NCBI RefSeq assembly: GCF_009914755.1 | Contig: NC_060931.1 | From: the human T2T-CHM13v2.0 reference genome, Homo sapiens | Length of the DNA: 64,000 nt | Strand: one strand, 5' to 3' | Shown here: piece after piece, positions 43,729 through 56,607 of the stretch | Layout of the letters: each line of letters starts with the position of its first letter | Position numbering within the stretch: the stretch's first letter is position 1 | Position numbers and translations under genes: made by a program | Notes under the pieces: generated by a model | What the model saw: only the letters and a program-made list of their open reading frames with translations | Told to the model about the DNA's origin: nothing | The model's database searches: none

Positions 43729-44016
43729 TTTTTTTTTTTGAGACGGAGTCTCACTCTGTCACCCAGGCTGGAGTGCAGTGGCACAATCTCGGCTCACTGC
43801 AACCTCCACCTCCCGGGTTCAAGCACGGTGGCTCACACCCGTAATCCCAGCACTTTGGGAGGCCCAGGCAGGTGGATCACCTAACATCAGGACTTCAAGA
43901 CAAGCCTGGCCAACATGGCAAAGCCCTGTCTCTACTAAAAATACAAAAATTAGCTGGGCGCAGTGGCGTGCACCTGTAATCCCAGCTACTCGGGAGACTG
44001 AGGCAGGAGAATCACT
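43729..44016 (-). mobile_element. Single AluS with inverted 5' segment
   Basis: Antisense tail and 3' part (43729-43824) joined to sense 5' part (43823-44016), all inside TSD TATAAT(T/C)TATACTTTT. Confidence 0.9.
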
Positions 44017-44314
44017 ATAATCTATACTTTTACATATAAATTAAATTTTATGGTGTTTATACAATTCTGTTTCCTGTGTTTTTTCACCTTATATCATGAG
44101 CTTATCATCATTAAATATCTTTAAAATGTGTTTTTAGCACAGCTAATTTTTATTACGGAAATAAGAAATGACCATTGTAGGAAAACTTGAAATACAGGGA
44201 AAAGTACAGAGAATAAAATTGAAATCCTTTCTGCCCCTACTTTGCCACGAAGAGGCAGCCAGCTGAGAACCAGCACATTTCTGATAGTGTTTTCCTGCTA
44301 CTAAAAGCATGTTA

Positions 44315-44490
44315 ATAATGATAGCTAATGTTAGCTGAGTATTTATACTTACTGGGCAATTTGATGCCTATAAAATTTAAGCCTGTGCATACTGTGTTGT
44401 TACTCCTATTTCATAGACCCAAAATGTGGAGCTTGGAAAGCTTGGTTAACTATTGAAGCAAGAATTCGAACACTGTGCCTGCTGCCTCTG
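44315..44490 (-). mobile_element. MIR
   Basis: ATAATGATAGCTAATGTTAGCTGAGTATTTA...CCTATTTCATAGA. Confidence 0.6.
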
Positions 44491-44634
44491 ATGTCTGTCC
44501 CCTGGGTCTCCGCAGTTGTGTGTCATGTGTGATGCTAATGGGGTGCTGCCTCTTCAATGTTCTTGAAAAACAAAATGCTACATCCGTCTTTTGGGGAGCC
44601 ATCACTGGCTTAACCACCTCATGATCATGTCATA

Positions 44635-44937
44635 CAGTCAGCCCTCCATACCCATGGGCTCTGCATCCTCAGAGTCAATCAAGAGAAGATCAAAAGTATT
44701 TTTTAAAAAGTGAATATAACAACAATTAAAAATAATATAAATGAAAAAACAATGTGGTATGACAACTATTTACATAGCATTTACATTGTATTCACTATTA
44801 CAAGTCATCTAGAGATCGTTAAATTACACGGGGGTATGTGTGTAGGTTATACACAAATACACCACCATTTCATAGACGGGACTGGAGCATCCAGGAATTT
44901 TGCTACCCATGGGGGTTTCTAGAATCAATTCCCCGCA
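44635..44937. mobile_element. MER2-type Tigger-family MITE
   Basis: TA-CAGTCAGCCCTCCATACCCATGGG; CAACTATTTACATAGCATTTACATTGTATT. Confidence 0.8.
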
Positions 44938-44999
44938 ATCGTGTTATTCACAATTTCAGTTTTATAAAGTTCTGTTGTACATACCAATCTAATTGTACA

Positions 45000-45790
45000 T
45001 AACTCTAGACTTCTCCATGCGGAAATTATTTTAAGACACTTGATACACAGAACGAAGTTTATTTTCCAAGTTGGTACCTCCGTGCCAATTTTCTGGTCTC
45101 TTTGACATTATTGAATATTATTTTTTAATTTTAACAGTTTAATAGGCAGAAAGTGTTGTTACATTATTATTTTGTATATAACTTATTTTATGTTTTGTAG
45201 TTGTAACATATTACTCTTGTATGTATTTTGTGAGGTGTAACCCTGATTCTTGATGCTGTTGCAAAAGGTATTGTTTTTAATTTCACTTTCTAACTGTTCA
45301 TTGTCAGCATACAGAAACACAATTGTTTATAGTCTGACCTTGTTTGCTATACGAGTCCTAGTACACTTTTTGTAGATTATTTTGGTTTTCCTATGTAGAT
45401 AATCACATCATATGTGAATAAACAGTTTTATTTCTTCCATCAGTATATATGAATTTTACTAATTTTTCTTTCTTTACACCACTGGTTACAATCTCAGGTC
45501 CAATGTTGAACAGAAAGCATCACTTTTGCTCTCGTCCTGATCTCTGGGAAAAAGTGTGTGCTCTTTCACCAAGGAGGATGTTAGCTGTAGATTTTTCACA
45601 GATGCCTTTATTAGATTAAGACAGAGCTTTCTATTCAGAATTTTCTGAGAATTTTTTTAAAATCATGAAGTGGTGTTGAATTTTGTCAAAACTTTTTTGT
45701 TATTTATTGAGATGATATATGGCTTTTTCTTTTTTAGTGATGCATGATGTATGTTGACATACAGAAATTCTTGATTTTTACCAAGCCAAA
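45000..45790 (-). mobile_element. Old L1 ORF2 fragments
   Basis: T-rich; CTTGATGCTGTTGCAAAAGGTATT and TGTTGAATTTTGTCAAA. Confidence 0.65.
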
Positions 45791-45952
45791 TATATATTTC
45801 ATGAGTACAGGCAAAGTATCTCTCATCATGATCATATTGCAATTATCCTAGAAATATGATGGTTTAACATTAGAAAATATAAGAGCATCAGGGAGAAAAA
45901 CAGGTGTCAGTGATATCAACACACAGTCAAAGGGAATATTTGATGAGCATTT

Positions 45953-46181
45953 CAGGTTAAATATCCCTTATCTGAAATGCTTGGGACCAGCAGAGCTTCA
46001 GATTTTAGATTTTTTCAGATTTTGGAATATTTGCATTATAATCACTGGTTAAGCATCTCTAATCCAACATTTAAAATGCTTCAGTGATGCATTTTCTTTG
46101 GGTATCATGTCAGTGCTCAAATAGTTCACCATCTGGGAGCGTTTTGATTGTTGAATTTTCAGATTAGAGATTCTCAACCTG
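45953..46181. mobile_element. MER46A/Tigger4a MITE
   Basis: TIRs CAGGTTAAATATCCCTTATCTGAAAT / TTTTCAGATTAGAGATTCTCAACCTG. Confidence 0.85.
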
Positions 46182-46349
46182 TACCCATTTTATGTTTTAA
46201 AACAACATTTCTTCAAAATCTAATATTGGAAACTTTAATATTAGCTACTTAATAAAAAAAAACAAGTTGTTTTCATTAAAAACAGGGACCAAACTCATCC
46301 CTTATCATCATTAATACTTAGTGATTTTTTGGAAGTTCTGTTCAAATTA

Positions 46350-47600
46350 ATAAGAAAAAACACTGGAGACCCTATAGAAAAACCGGTAAGGTGCAGGAAC
46401 AAGAAATTCACAGGAGAAAGACCACAGGCCAAAAACCATAGAACAGGTTCAATCTCACCGACCATAAAACAAATTCCATGTAAGATAATGTGATTGGATT
46501 CTCTGCCTATTAAACAGCCAAAATTTTAAAATTTTGGATATTAATCCAGTAACACCAGTGAAGTGAGGAAATCGGCACTCCTATTGGTACAAACTTTTAG
46601 GGGAGAGATTTTGCTGAGAAAAATAAGAGAAATGCTAAGTCAATGGATAGATGTACATTGGACTTCATCAGAATTAACAACTACTGCTCTTTGAAAGATG
46701 CTATTCAGAAAAATAAAAAAAGCAAGATAACGATTGGGAGAAAATGTTTCCAAACACATATCTAATGAAGACTTGCACCAGAATTTATAAGGAACTCTTA
46801 CAAATCAATCATGAGACAAACACTATGATTTAAAAAGGGAAGAAGGAAGAGATTTGAACAGACACTTCACCAAAGAGGATGTATCTATACATCTGAGACC
46901 ATTTGTCATCAAGGAAATGCAATTGAAATCACAATGAGACATCATTACATATGTATTAGAATGACTAAAGTTCTGGTAAAGGCTGGCTGTTGGAACTCTC
47001 ACACATTTCTGATAGGAATACAAAATGGTGCAGCTATTTGAGAAAACAGCTTGACATTTTCTTATGTTTAGTAACCATATCCACTTACCCACTCCAGGTA
47101 TTTACCCAAGAGAAACTAAGACCTACACAAGAATGTTGATATTAACCTTATTCATAATAGCCCCAAACGGAAAACACCCAGATGTTCATCCAATGGTGAA
47201 TGGATAAACAAATTGTCAAAAGTAGTATAATCGGATATGACTCAGGAATTATTAGAAGCAACACACTACTGTCTACCATACCTGCAGAGGAATTTTAAAA
47301 GGATTCTGTTAACTGGAGGAAGGCCAGACATAAAACCCTGCATAGCATATGATTCTATTAATACAATATTCCAGAGGAGATAAACTATAGGGACAGATAT
47401 CAGATCAGTGGTTTCCAGGGTCTTGGGTAGAAAGAGAGAATTTATTGCAAAAGGCAGGAGGAAATTTGGGAGATTGTGGGAGTGTTTTCTCTATTGGCTG
47501 CGGTCATCGTGGTTACACAACTGTAAACATTTGTCAAAACCCTAACTGTACACTTTAAAGAGGGTTTTTTACTGTATATAAATTAAACTTCAATAAACAT
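46350..47600 (+). mobile_element. Old L1 (L1ME/L1MD-type) ORF2 3' part and 3'UTR
   Basis: TTGAACAGACACTTCACCAAAGAGGAT, GAATGGATAAACAAATTGT, AACTGTACACTTTAAA. Confidence 0.75.
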
Positions 47601-48211
47601 ATCCAAGGGAAAAGAACAGACCAAAATTCCAAATATAACCCAACAAACAGAGAAGTAAAGCACACTTCTCCACATGTTTTAAATTGTACCATCAGACATC
47701 TATCCTTTGGACCATGGCTTTAGGTCTCCTGGGTCCTTATTAGAATGCAAACACCCTTACAGTATGAGTCACATCCAAATTTTCTCCATTATTAATGCAT
47801 CTGCCCCTTCAACTATCAGCAAAGCTAAGGCTGGGGATTGCAAGGGACAAGCATATCCGGGGAGGGGCCCTGACCACACTGGGCAGATGGAATGAGAGGC
47901 CTCAGATGTGAACAGGAGGAACCCAAGAGGACGCCTGAAAGCCCGTGGAAAGGCTCCCTGCTCCACTGCCTTGGCTTTCCAAGCTCCACTCTGCTCACAG
48001 AGTCTTCCTTCTGTCCTCAGGCAGGTTCTTCCCACCACTGGAACACTGACAGTGTGAAAACATCATCATGGTGTCACTGTCAACACGTAATTACACAAAT
48101 GCAGAAATATCCATGTCGATAACAGAGTCATGGTCTTCAGAGAGCAAAGCCAATCCCCATCCTCAAGGGTTTCCTCCATGTTCACTCAGACATTAAGAGT
48201 GGACTCTATCA

Positions 48212-48554
<343 letters not shown>

Positions 48555-50166
48555 CTAGCTTCTCTTGACAGAAAGGAGGGAGAGACTTTGGCTTTTATTT
48601 TCTACTCTGGCCTTTTCTTGGCAGCACATTTTGGCAAACGTTGGTGCATATCATAGGAGGGTCTTGCACATTTGGGAGAGAGTCTCTCCCTTGCCAACTC
48701 CAACACCCCAGGCCAGGAGCATCCTGCTGCCTGCCCAGCGCTCCAGCAGGGAAGCCCTTCTACATTCAAGGGGCAGAGTTAAGCCAGAAAATCCTACTGC
48801 TAAAATGCAGTCCTGGGACACTCACAACAGAAGTTGTACGTTTCAAACTGTGCAAAGAGCAGCAGCAGAGCCTTCCGAGATGCAGGAGCGACTGGACCCC
48901 ACATCCTGCCCAGGTGGGCCCACACTCTGTTCAGGATGGCCCAGGCCAACCCCTCCTTTCTGGACTTTGCCAAGGCTGCTTTGGTGTGAAGGCAAGAGAC
49001 CCTCATTGACCCCAGCTGCATGGAATTGTTCTTTCAGAGCAAACGTTGTTCATTAGAGCCTGTGAAAACCTTGTTTAAAATAGGTCCAAATGTCCTAATT
49101 TATTTTTTAGGGAAGCGGCCCTTTTAGAAAACAATTTCTGAAGAGCCAATAACAGTTCAGCCATGGATGTAGGGGTCAGGGGCTGGGCCAGGTGCTGGTC
49201 GCTGAGGACAGCGTGTTGTCAGTGAAGGCCCAGTGAGGGCGTGGGAGCCTCGGTGCCCAGGATGGGGACAGCTTCAAGAGCCCAAGGCAATGGCTCCAGA
49301 ATCCCAGCCACAGACCCCAGGCAGGCGGCGGCTCTACCCCACATCTATGGGGCCCAAGGCCAGAGAGGACAAGGGCAAGCCTGAGCCCATTTTCTGTGAA
49401 TGATTTCTGTGCAGGGCCTGAGGGACACCCAAACTCTAAGCAACCCTTGGGATTGACCGACAACACTTTGTGGGAGAGGAGGAGAAGAAAGTGGGATGTG
49501 TTGTACTGAAATACAGTAAATGTCTACTAAAACTGTAAATTTATTTTAGAACCAGAATTAAAGTATGGCAGGCACATACCAAGACCCACATAAAAATCTA
49601 TTTAAAAATCAATAAAAATCTTCATAATAAATCCCAAACTTGCCCTTTCTATCACTCAAACTCGCAACTTTACACAAACTTGCAACTTATTATCGTAAAA
49701 GCATCTAAACAGCTAATTTTATGTTAACCATTTGCTGTTCCATTTCGCTAATGCATCACATTTGAGAATGATGTATTTAAAAAGATAATAACCACGTGAA
49801 AAAGTGGTGTTTCTTTATATATTCTTCGAAATTCTTGAATATGCATTATTTTATTTCTATTAACATAAGCCTATAGGATAATTCTTAGTTCTCATTTCAT
49901 ACATAAGGAAACTGAATCCCAGAAAAAAATAAAATAAAAGATTTGCTCAATACAACCAAGTTACGGGCACAGCCAACATCAAAATCCAGTTTCCCCGATG
50001 GCTAGTACTTCTGTTTACACAACACCACATCTCGTGAACTAGAAATATGGGTCTTGGAGCTAAAAGAAAGCTGCAGACAAGCCGTTCACTGGGCTCCTTC
50101 CAGCCACACCACGTTGCCTCTGCTCCCTATCACCCAGTCTCCTCCATCCTAGCCCTAGAGTCACCA

Positions 50167-50288
50167 GAGGAGCTTTGGGCTCTTGATGAGCTTGCTAATC
50201 CTCCTTGTCTACCTGGAGAAAGGAGAGGGCTTTGGTCTATGTTGCTGAGCTTGCGAATCCTCCTTGTCTACCTGGAAAAAGGAGAGGA
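50167..50288. repeat. ~59-bp tandem duplication, 2 copies
   Basis: TGAGCTTGC(T/G)AATCCTCCTTGTCTACCTGGA(G/A)AAAGGAGAGG at 50187 and 50246. Confidence 0.92.
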
Positions 50289-51307
50289 TCTCCAAGGATG
50301 TGGTCAATGTGCAGCCCATTCCAGCCAAAAGTTCACACTCACCCAAATCCCTGGCCGGTTTCTCAGAATCCACACGTGCAGAGAATGCAAAGTTCCAGAT
50401 AAACACCTGAACTGTCAGGGGCTTGCCTGAGCCTAAGCTAAACTTGACTGGGGTGTCTACTTCTCTTCTGCAGTCTTATCTAATGCCCATCTCTTGATTT
50501 GCCAGCAGGGAAGTTGTGGGAATATTCCCAGGCACTGTGATGAAAGTATTTTGCTGTGTTATATTCCTTGCACAGCTGCAAAAGCAACATGTCCAATTGG
50601 CTCAGTGGGTTGGAACGCTGCAGGTGGCAAGGCGCAATTTGAGCTCTCTGTCCACCATGGCCACTTGGTCGGATGCCCGCTTCCCTGGTGTCCAACCACG
50701 TCAATCGACCAGCCCTCCTGAGTGCAAAGGGTGGGAGCCCTGATACTCGTGTGTCAATCAGAGGAAATGACTCGAAATGAGATGAGCGGGAAGGCATGCC
50801 CCAAGAAGGAAGAGTGCCACACTAGTCATGTACACACGTGTCATGGGAGCTCAGATGGCAGGTGGACTTCGTGTTACTCAAAGAACATGAGAGGAATCCC
50901 TCTTTTTCTTCTCTGTCTTCTCTCTTCAGTAATGTTAGGAAAGATGATCCAACAAGCTAAGATCTGGGAGGATGATGCCATTTTGAAATAGACATTGCCA
51001 AATATCCCTAGACCTCAAACTAACTGTGCAAAGGAAGATTTGGGTGTTGGGAGTGCTGCAGAAAAATATCTGGGATAGAAACAAAATGTAACCCGTGTGC
51101 GAGTTGTCCAAAGACTAAGGTAATTGCTATAAGAAATGTCACTCAGATTTCATCTCCAGATGACTTGTTGCTACTGTTGCTCCAGCCCAGTAGGTCTAGA
51201 TAATTACAACAAGCCCAAATGAAATACAAAATGGTCTATAGCTGTGGCTGGAAAAGTCGCTGTTTTCAGAATAACCATTTAAAGATACAGAAGAACCATC
51301 CAAGCAT

Positions 51308-51820
<513 letters not shown>

Positions 51821-52175
51821 GAGCAACTCAAGTCAGGCTGCAAAGCTGCTCCTGTGCAGAGGGCTCCTCGGGGAGCTGAAGCTGTGCAAAGCCCAGTGAA
51901 CGTTAATGACTGCGCAAACATAACCCAGGACTGGGCCAGGCTGGTCTTCAGTTCCAGGTCATATATTCAGAACCCAGAAACGTTTTGGTCACAAGGTCAG
52001 ACAAGTACTCAGCCCCTCTTCACACGTGCAAAGCCAGTGCAGTTGGGAGCTACCAGCTCCCCAGAAAGATGCATGCACAGCAGCGTCACAGCCAGCTCTG
52101 CACCAGGCCACAACTGTGTGTGTGCAACCACAAGCCCTGGGGCTGGGCCTGTCCTATGGAAGAGCCCTACCGAGC

Positions 52176-53209
52176 ATCACACATTCACACACACACACAC
52201 ACGCTCACGCATGCTCACACAGAGACACTCATGTACCAAACACACTCACATTCACAAAACACACACAGTGACAGTCATGCCGACACACACACATTCACAC
52301 TCAAACTCACAATCACACACTCATACACAATCACACACATGCTCACACAGATACACTCGCATACCAAACACACTCATATGTGCAAAACACACAGTGACAC
52401 CCCACACACACAAAACTCACATTCATACCACACACGGTCACACTCACACTCACGGTCACACACATTCACACTCACACATAGTCACTCACACACAGTCACA
52501 TACAGTCACATGGTCATACACACATTCATACTCATGCTCTCACACACACATTCACAGTCACACACCCAGTCACACTCACATACACACATTCACACATAGT
52601 CATTCATATGTTCACACTCAGTCACATTTATACACATTCACAAACACATTTTCACACTCATGCACACATTCACACTCACACACAAGCTCTCACATGAAAT
52701 CATATTCTCATGCACACATTCACAGTCACACACTAACACAGTCACACACAGTCACAGTCTTACAATCACACTCACTCTTACACACAGTCACAGTCACACT
52801 CATTCCCGCATAGTCACACTCACAGTCACAGTCACACACACATTCACTCACACACATTTACCCTCACACAGCCACACTCATTCACCCACAGTCACACACA
52901 CAGTAACACAGTCACTCACATAGTCACACTCACTCACACTCATACACACAGTCACACTCATTCTGTCACACTCTCACAGTCACATTCATTTTCACACACA
53001 GTCACACTCACAGTCACACTCATACACAGTCACACACTGTCAGTCACACACACCGTCACACTCACTCTCACACACATTCTCTCACACACTCTCAGTCACG
53101 CTCACTCACACTGTCTCACACAGTCACACTTTCACACACACACACGGTCCCACTCACACACAGTCCCACTCTCTCACACACAGTCCCACTCTCTCTCTCA
53201 CACACACAC
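52176..53209. repeat. ~1 kb degenerate CA-rich tract (CACACAGT/CACACT/CACATT modules)
   Basis: Visible; accounts for the H/T/S-rich ORFs at 51749-52923. Confidence 0.97.
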
Positions 53210-54379
53210 CTCTTAATCACCCGCATTCGCCCTGGGAGGACAGCAGCTGTCCCCTTGGGGCCTCTGCCTGGGCCGCAGCGGGTCTGACTGGCTTAGACTG
53301 GCACCTCCCCGGAGTCCTGCAAAGGAGCCGCCTTCCTTGTTTGCCAGCGAGCGGGGAACAGCGGCCTCGTGCTCTCTCCTGTCTCAGTCTTTAGTTGATT
53401 TTACCCAATCGACCACTTGGCACCTGTTCACTCTTTCTCTCGAACTGAATCAAAGCGCATAGCTGTGAAGGGAGTAGGCCATCCCATCCTAATTCTACGT
53501 CGACCATGACAAGTGGGCTCACAGAAGGAAAAACCCCAAGAGCCAATAATAAGAACCAGGTCACTGCAGCCAGCAGACCATCTCGACAGCCAGCCTTCAC
53601 CAGCTCCCCTGAGGAGCCTGCAGGCCTCCCTGGAGCTCACAGCAGAGCTCCTTGCAGCCCTGGTCAGCTTGGTTACTGCTGCAGAACCAGGCACCGCTCC
53701 CTTCCTTCCACCAAATGCCACCTTTCACCTCCCTGGGTGTGCATCGTCCCACACGGGATAGGCCCAGGGGAACGCGGCTTCAGCCCTGTTCACTCCACTC
53801 CTTGTCATCACGGGCCATCCCACCCGGCTTGCAGAGAGATGTTTGGGGAATATTTGGAAGCGTTAGCCTGTGACCTGGCAGGTTTTCTATCTTGTTCCAG
53901 TTCCTCAGTGACAGAGCTTGCTACTTCTGTTGCTACAGAACCCTGGAAAGGTAACATTTGTCTCTGTTCTGACCTCGGCCATAGCAGGGCTTGTCAACAG
54001 CCTAATGCCTCTGATTCCTTCACTCTTCCACGAAGAAGAGCAGAGGCTCTAGAGTCAGTGCTGGTCTCATCTCCCCGGAGACGAGTCACACATCAGCAGA
54101 AGGAAGCAGGGAGAAGGAGAGAGGATGGGGCCAGGACTCATCAACACTCCGGATCTTACACAAAGGGCCTTTGCAGGAAGCTGTGGTGAAGGACTGGGCC
54201 AGGACTCAGAGCGATGCATGCCAGAAAGTTCTCAGTACGGAAGCCCGCCTTTCATCCAGTACTCACTTGAACCCTGCAGCAGGGAAACTTTGTCGGGATT
54301 TTTGCTTACGCTCGAGAGTGGGCGAGCCTGAGAGAGAACCACTTGAACCATCTTGTACCGTACCAGGGTGTACCTACCT

Positions 54380-55260
54380 CAAAGGGGTGTTGTACGGAGC
54401 TTAATTAATTAATGTTGCAAAGTGCTCTGGGCTCGTCGGATGAAAGGGAGCTCGAAAAGTGCAACGTATTATTATTATTAAAATGATATTTAGTATTTGC
54501 AGGCGGGCCAGATGCTGAATGCAGATAGGCCTCGATAAAAGATGGACCACAAAAGAAGAAAAAGTTAATAAGGTGTTTCGGGCATGCTGCTGATAGTCTC
54601 ACTGAAATTGCTTCTCTCTCCTGTGATGATGATTTGAGCAGAGATAGGATCTTAACTGCTTTGCAGAACCAAAGGGTATTTCCATGGCAGGCGTTCTGAG
54701 GACCCAGAGACTGGTACAAAACAACAAATGCCCACCTTGCCCTACCTTCCCTCGCAAAAGGTAAAACTGCCCATCTCTGAACTAAAGCAATCCTGCTGCA
54801 AGCCAGGGAAACCAGACTCAGATTTGGTATTTTTAGATGATTAAGAAATAATTTAATATGTTATTACAGCCTCCGTCCAGTAAGCGACATGCTAATGTTT
54901 GACAGTGATTTGAGAAAATAAGGAAATGAATGAAGAGTTAAAACGGTGTGTGGAGCAAGTTAAGTAGTGAAAATCCCTGACTGCACAGTCGAAAGCCCGG
55001 CCCTGCACTGCCAGCTACAGACAGAGGTGCTGGCAGAGCAAGTCCCGACACGCACGTCTTTATTAAATCTTTTTTAAAACACAGAAGTTAACTGTCTCCT
55101 GAAATATTTCGGGTGTTTAAACGTGCCACAGCTGACAAAAAGTAATTTTTAAAAGTCCTGGCACACGATTACACTTGGTAACATGTATCTGTTTCTGCTC
55201 CAGAAAAAAAAAAAAAAAAAGCAAGGCAGTGATTCAAACACCTTCTCTGCACGCAATGAA
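54380..55260. promoter_or_regulatory. Candidate enhancer-like unique element
   Basis: No recognisable repeat; CpG retention in AT-rich context; homeodomain, TALE and RUNX motifs. Motif inference only. Confidence 0.35.
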
Positions 55261-55586
55261 GTTTGAACCTACACGTTCTAGGGGATAATTACCACTCCTT
55301 TTACTCCTTAAATTCATGGCATTTTAGAGGTCATCTAGTTGATTTTTCAAATGAAGACGTAGGCCCAGAGAGATAAAAATTTCTTAATCAAGTCTATATA
55401 TGTAGTCAGTGATTTAGAACTGGAATATAACCAGTTCTATATAACTGGAATATAACCAGAGGTCATTAAGGGGCCCCCAAATACAAATTTGAGGAGAGCC
55501 TCCTGTGCTCTGTTAACTGCCAAATAAAGGACGGTCCCCTGGGAATGGAGTCCCTGTCCACCCATGTGAGTATGGTTAGAGTGACG

Positions 55587-55922
55587 GGCACTGCGGCTGG
55601 GTGGCTCTCGGGCTGGCACTGCGGCTGGGTGGCTCTCGGGCTGGCACTGCGGCTGCGTGGCTCTCGGGCTGGCACTGCGGCTGCGTGGCTCTCGGGCTGG
55701 CACTGAGGCTGCGTGGCTCTCGGGCTGGCACTGCGGCTGGGTGGCTCTCGGGCTGGCACTGCGGCTGGGTGGCTCTCGGGCTGGCACTGCGGCTGGGTGG
55801 CTCTCGGGCTGGCACTGCGGCTGCGTGGCTCTCGGGCTGGCACTGCGGCTGGGTGGCTCTCGGGCTGGCACTGCGGCTGGGTGGCTCTCGGGCTGGCACT
55901 GCGGCTGCGTGGCTCTCGGGCT
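55587..55922. repeat. 28-bp GC-rich VNTR, exactly 12 copies: GGCACTGCGGCTG(G/C)GTGGCTCTCGGGCT
   Basis: 12 x 28 = 336 bp in perfect register. Confidence 0.99.
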
Positions 55923-56270
55923 GAAGGGGTTCCACACACATCGCTCCTGGGACCTTGGCTTCCACCCTAGAGAGAAGGTCCAGTTCCCCTAGTTTACCCA
56001 CCAGGACACAAAGCTTCCAAGCCTCCAAGTGACTTGTTAAAGGACAAACACACACCTGGGATCTACCGGCCCCACCTTAGTGTTTGTTAGTGGGGGTGAT
56101 GGACCCCGTCATTCTTGTCCGTCAGCCTCTGCCAGTCTTTCTCATGCTGTGCTAAGCAGTGCTCTAGTTGTTTAATGAGATATTTTTCTTCCTTCTAAGT
56201 TGTAAGTTACTTGATAGTAACGGTGGAATTTATGTTCCCTGGTGTTCTCTGTAGTGACTAGCAAAATTAA

Positions 56271-56607
<337 letters not shown>

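Noticed and set aside
50615-50631. CTCF-like GCTGCAGGTGGCA (similar partial matches at ~14793 and ~42559)
   Set aside because: Each misses core positions and cannot be supported without PWM scoring or ChIP data
53506-54189. 227-aa ORF
   Set aside because: GC-rich region with overlapping ORFs in other frames; no recognisable homology
55437-56055. Six long repetitive ORFs on both strands (PAREPPSRSAS.../ALGLALRLGG...)
   Set aside because: The 28-bp unit nearly lacks stops, so frames cycle; there is no promoter or splice support
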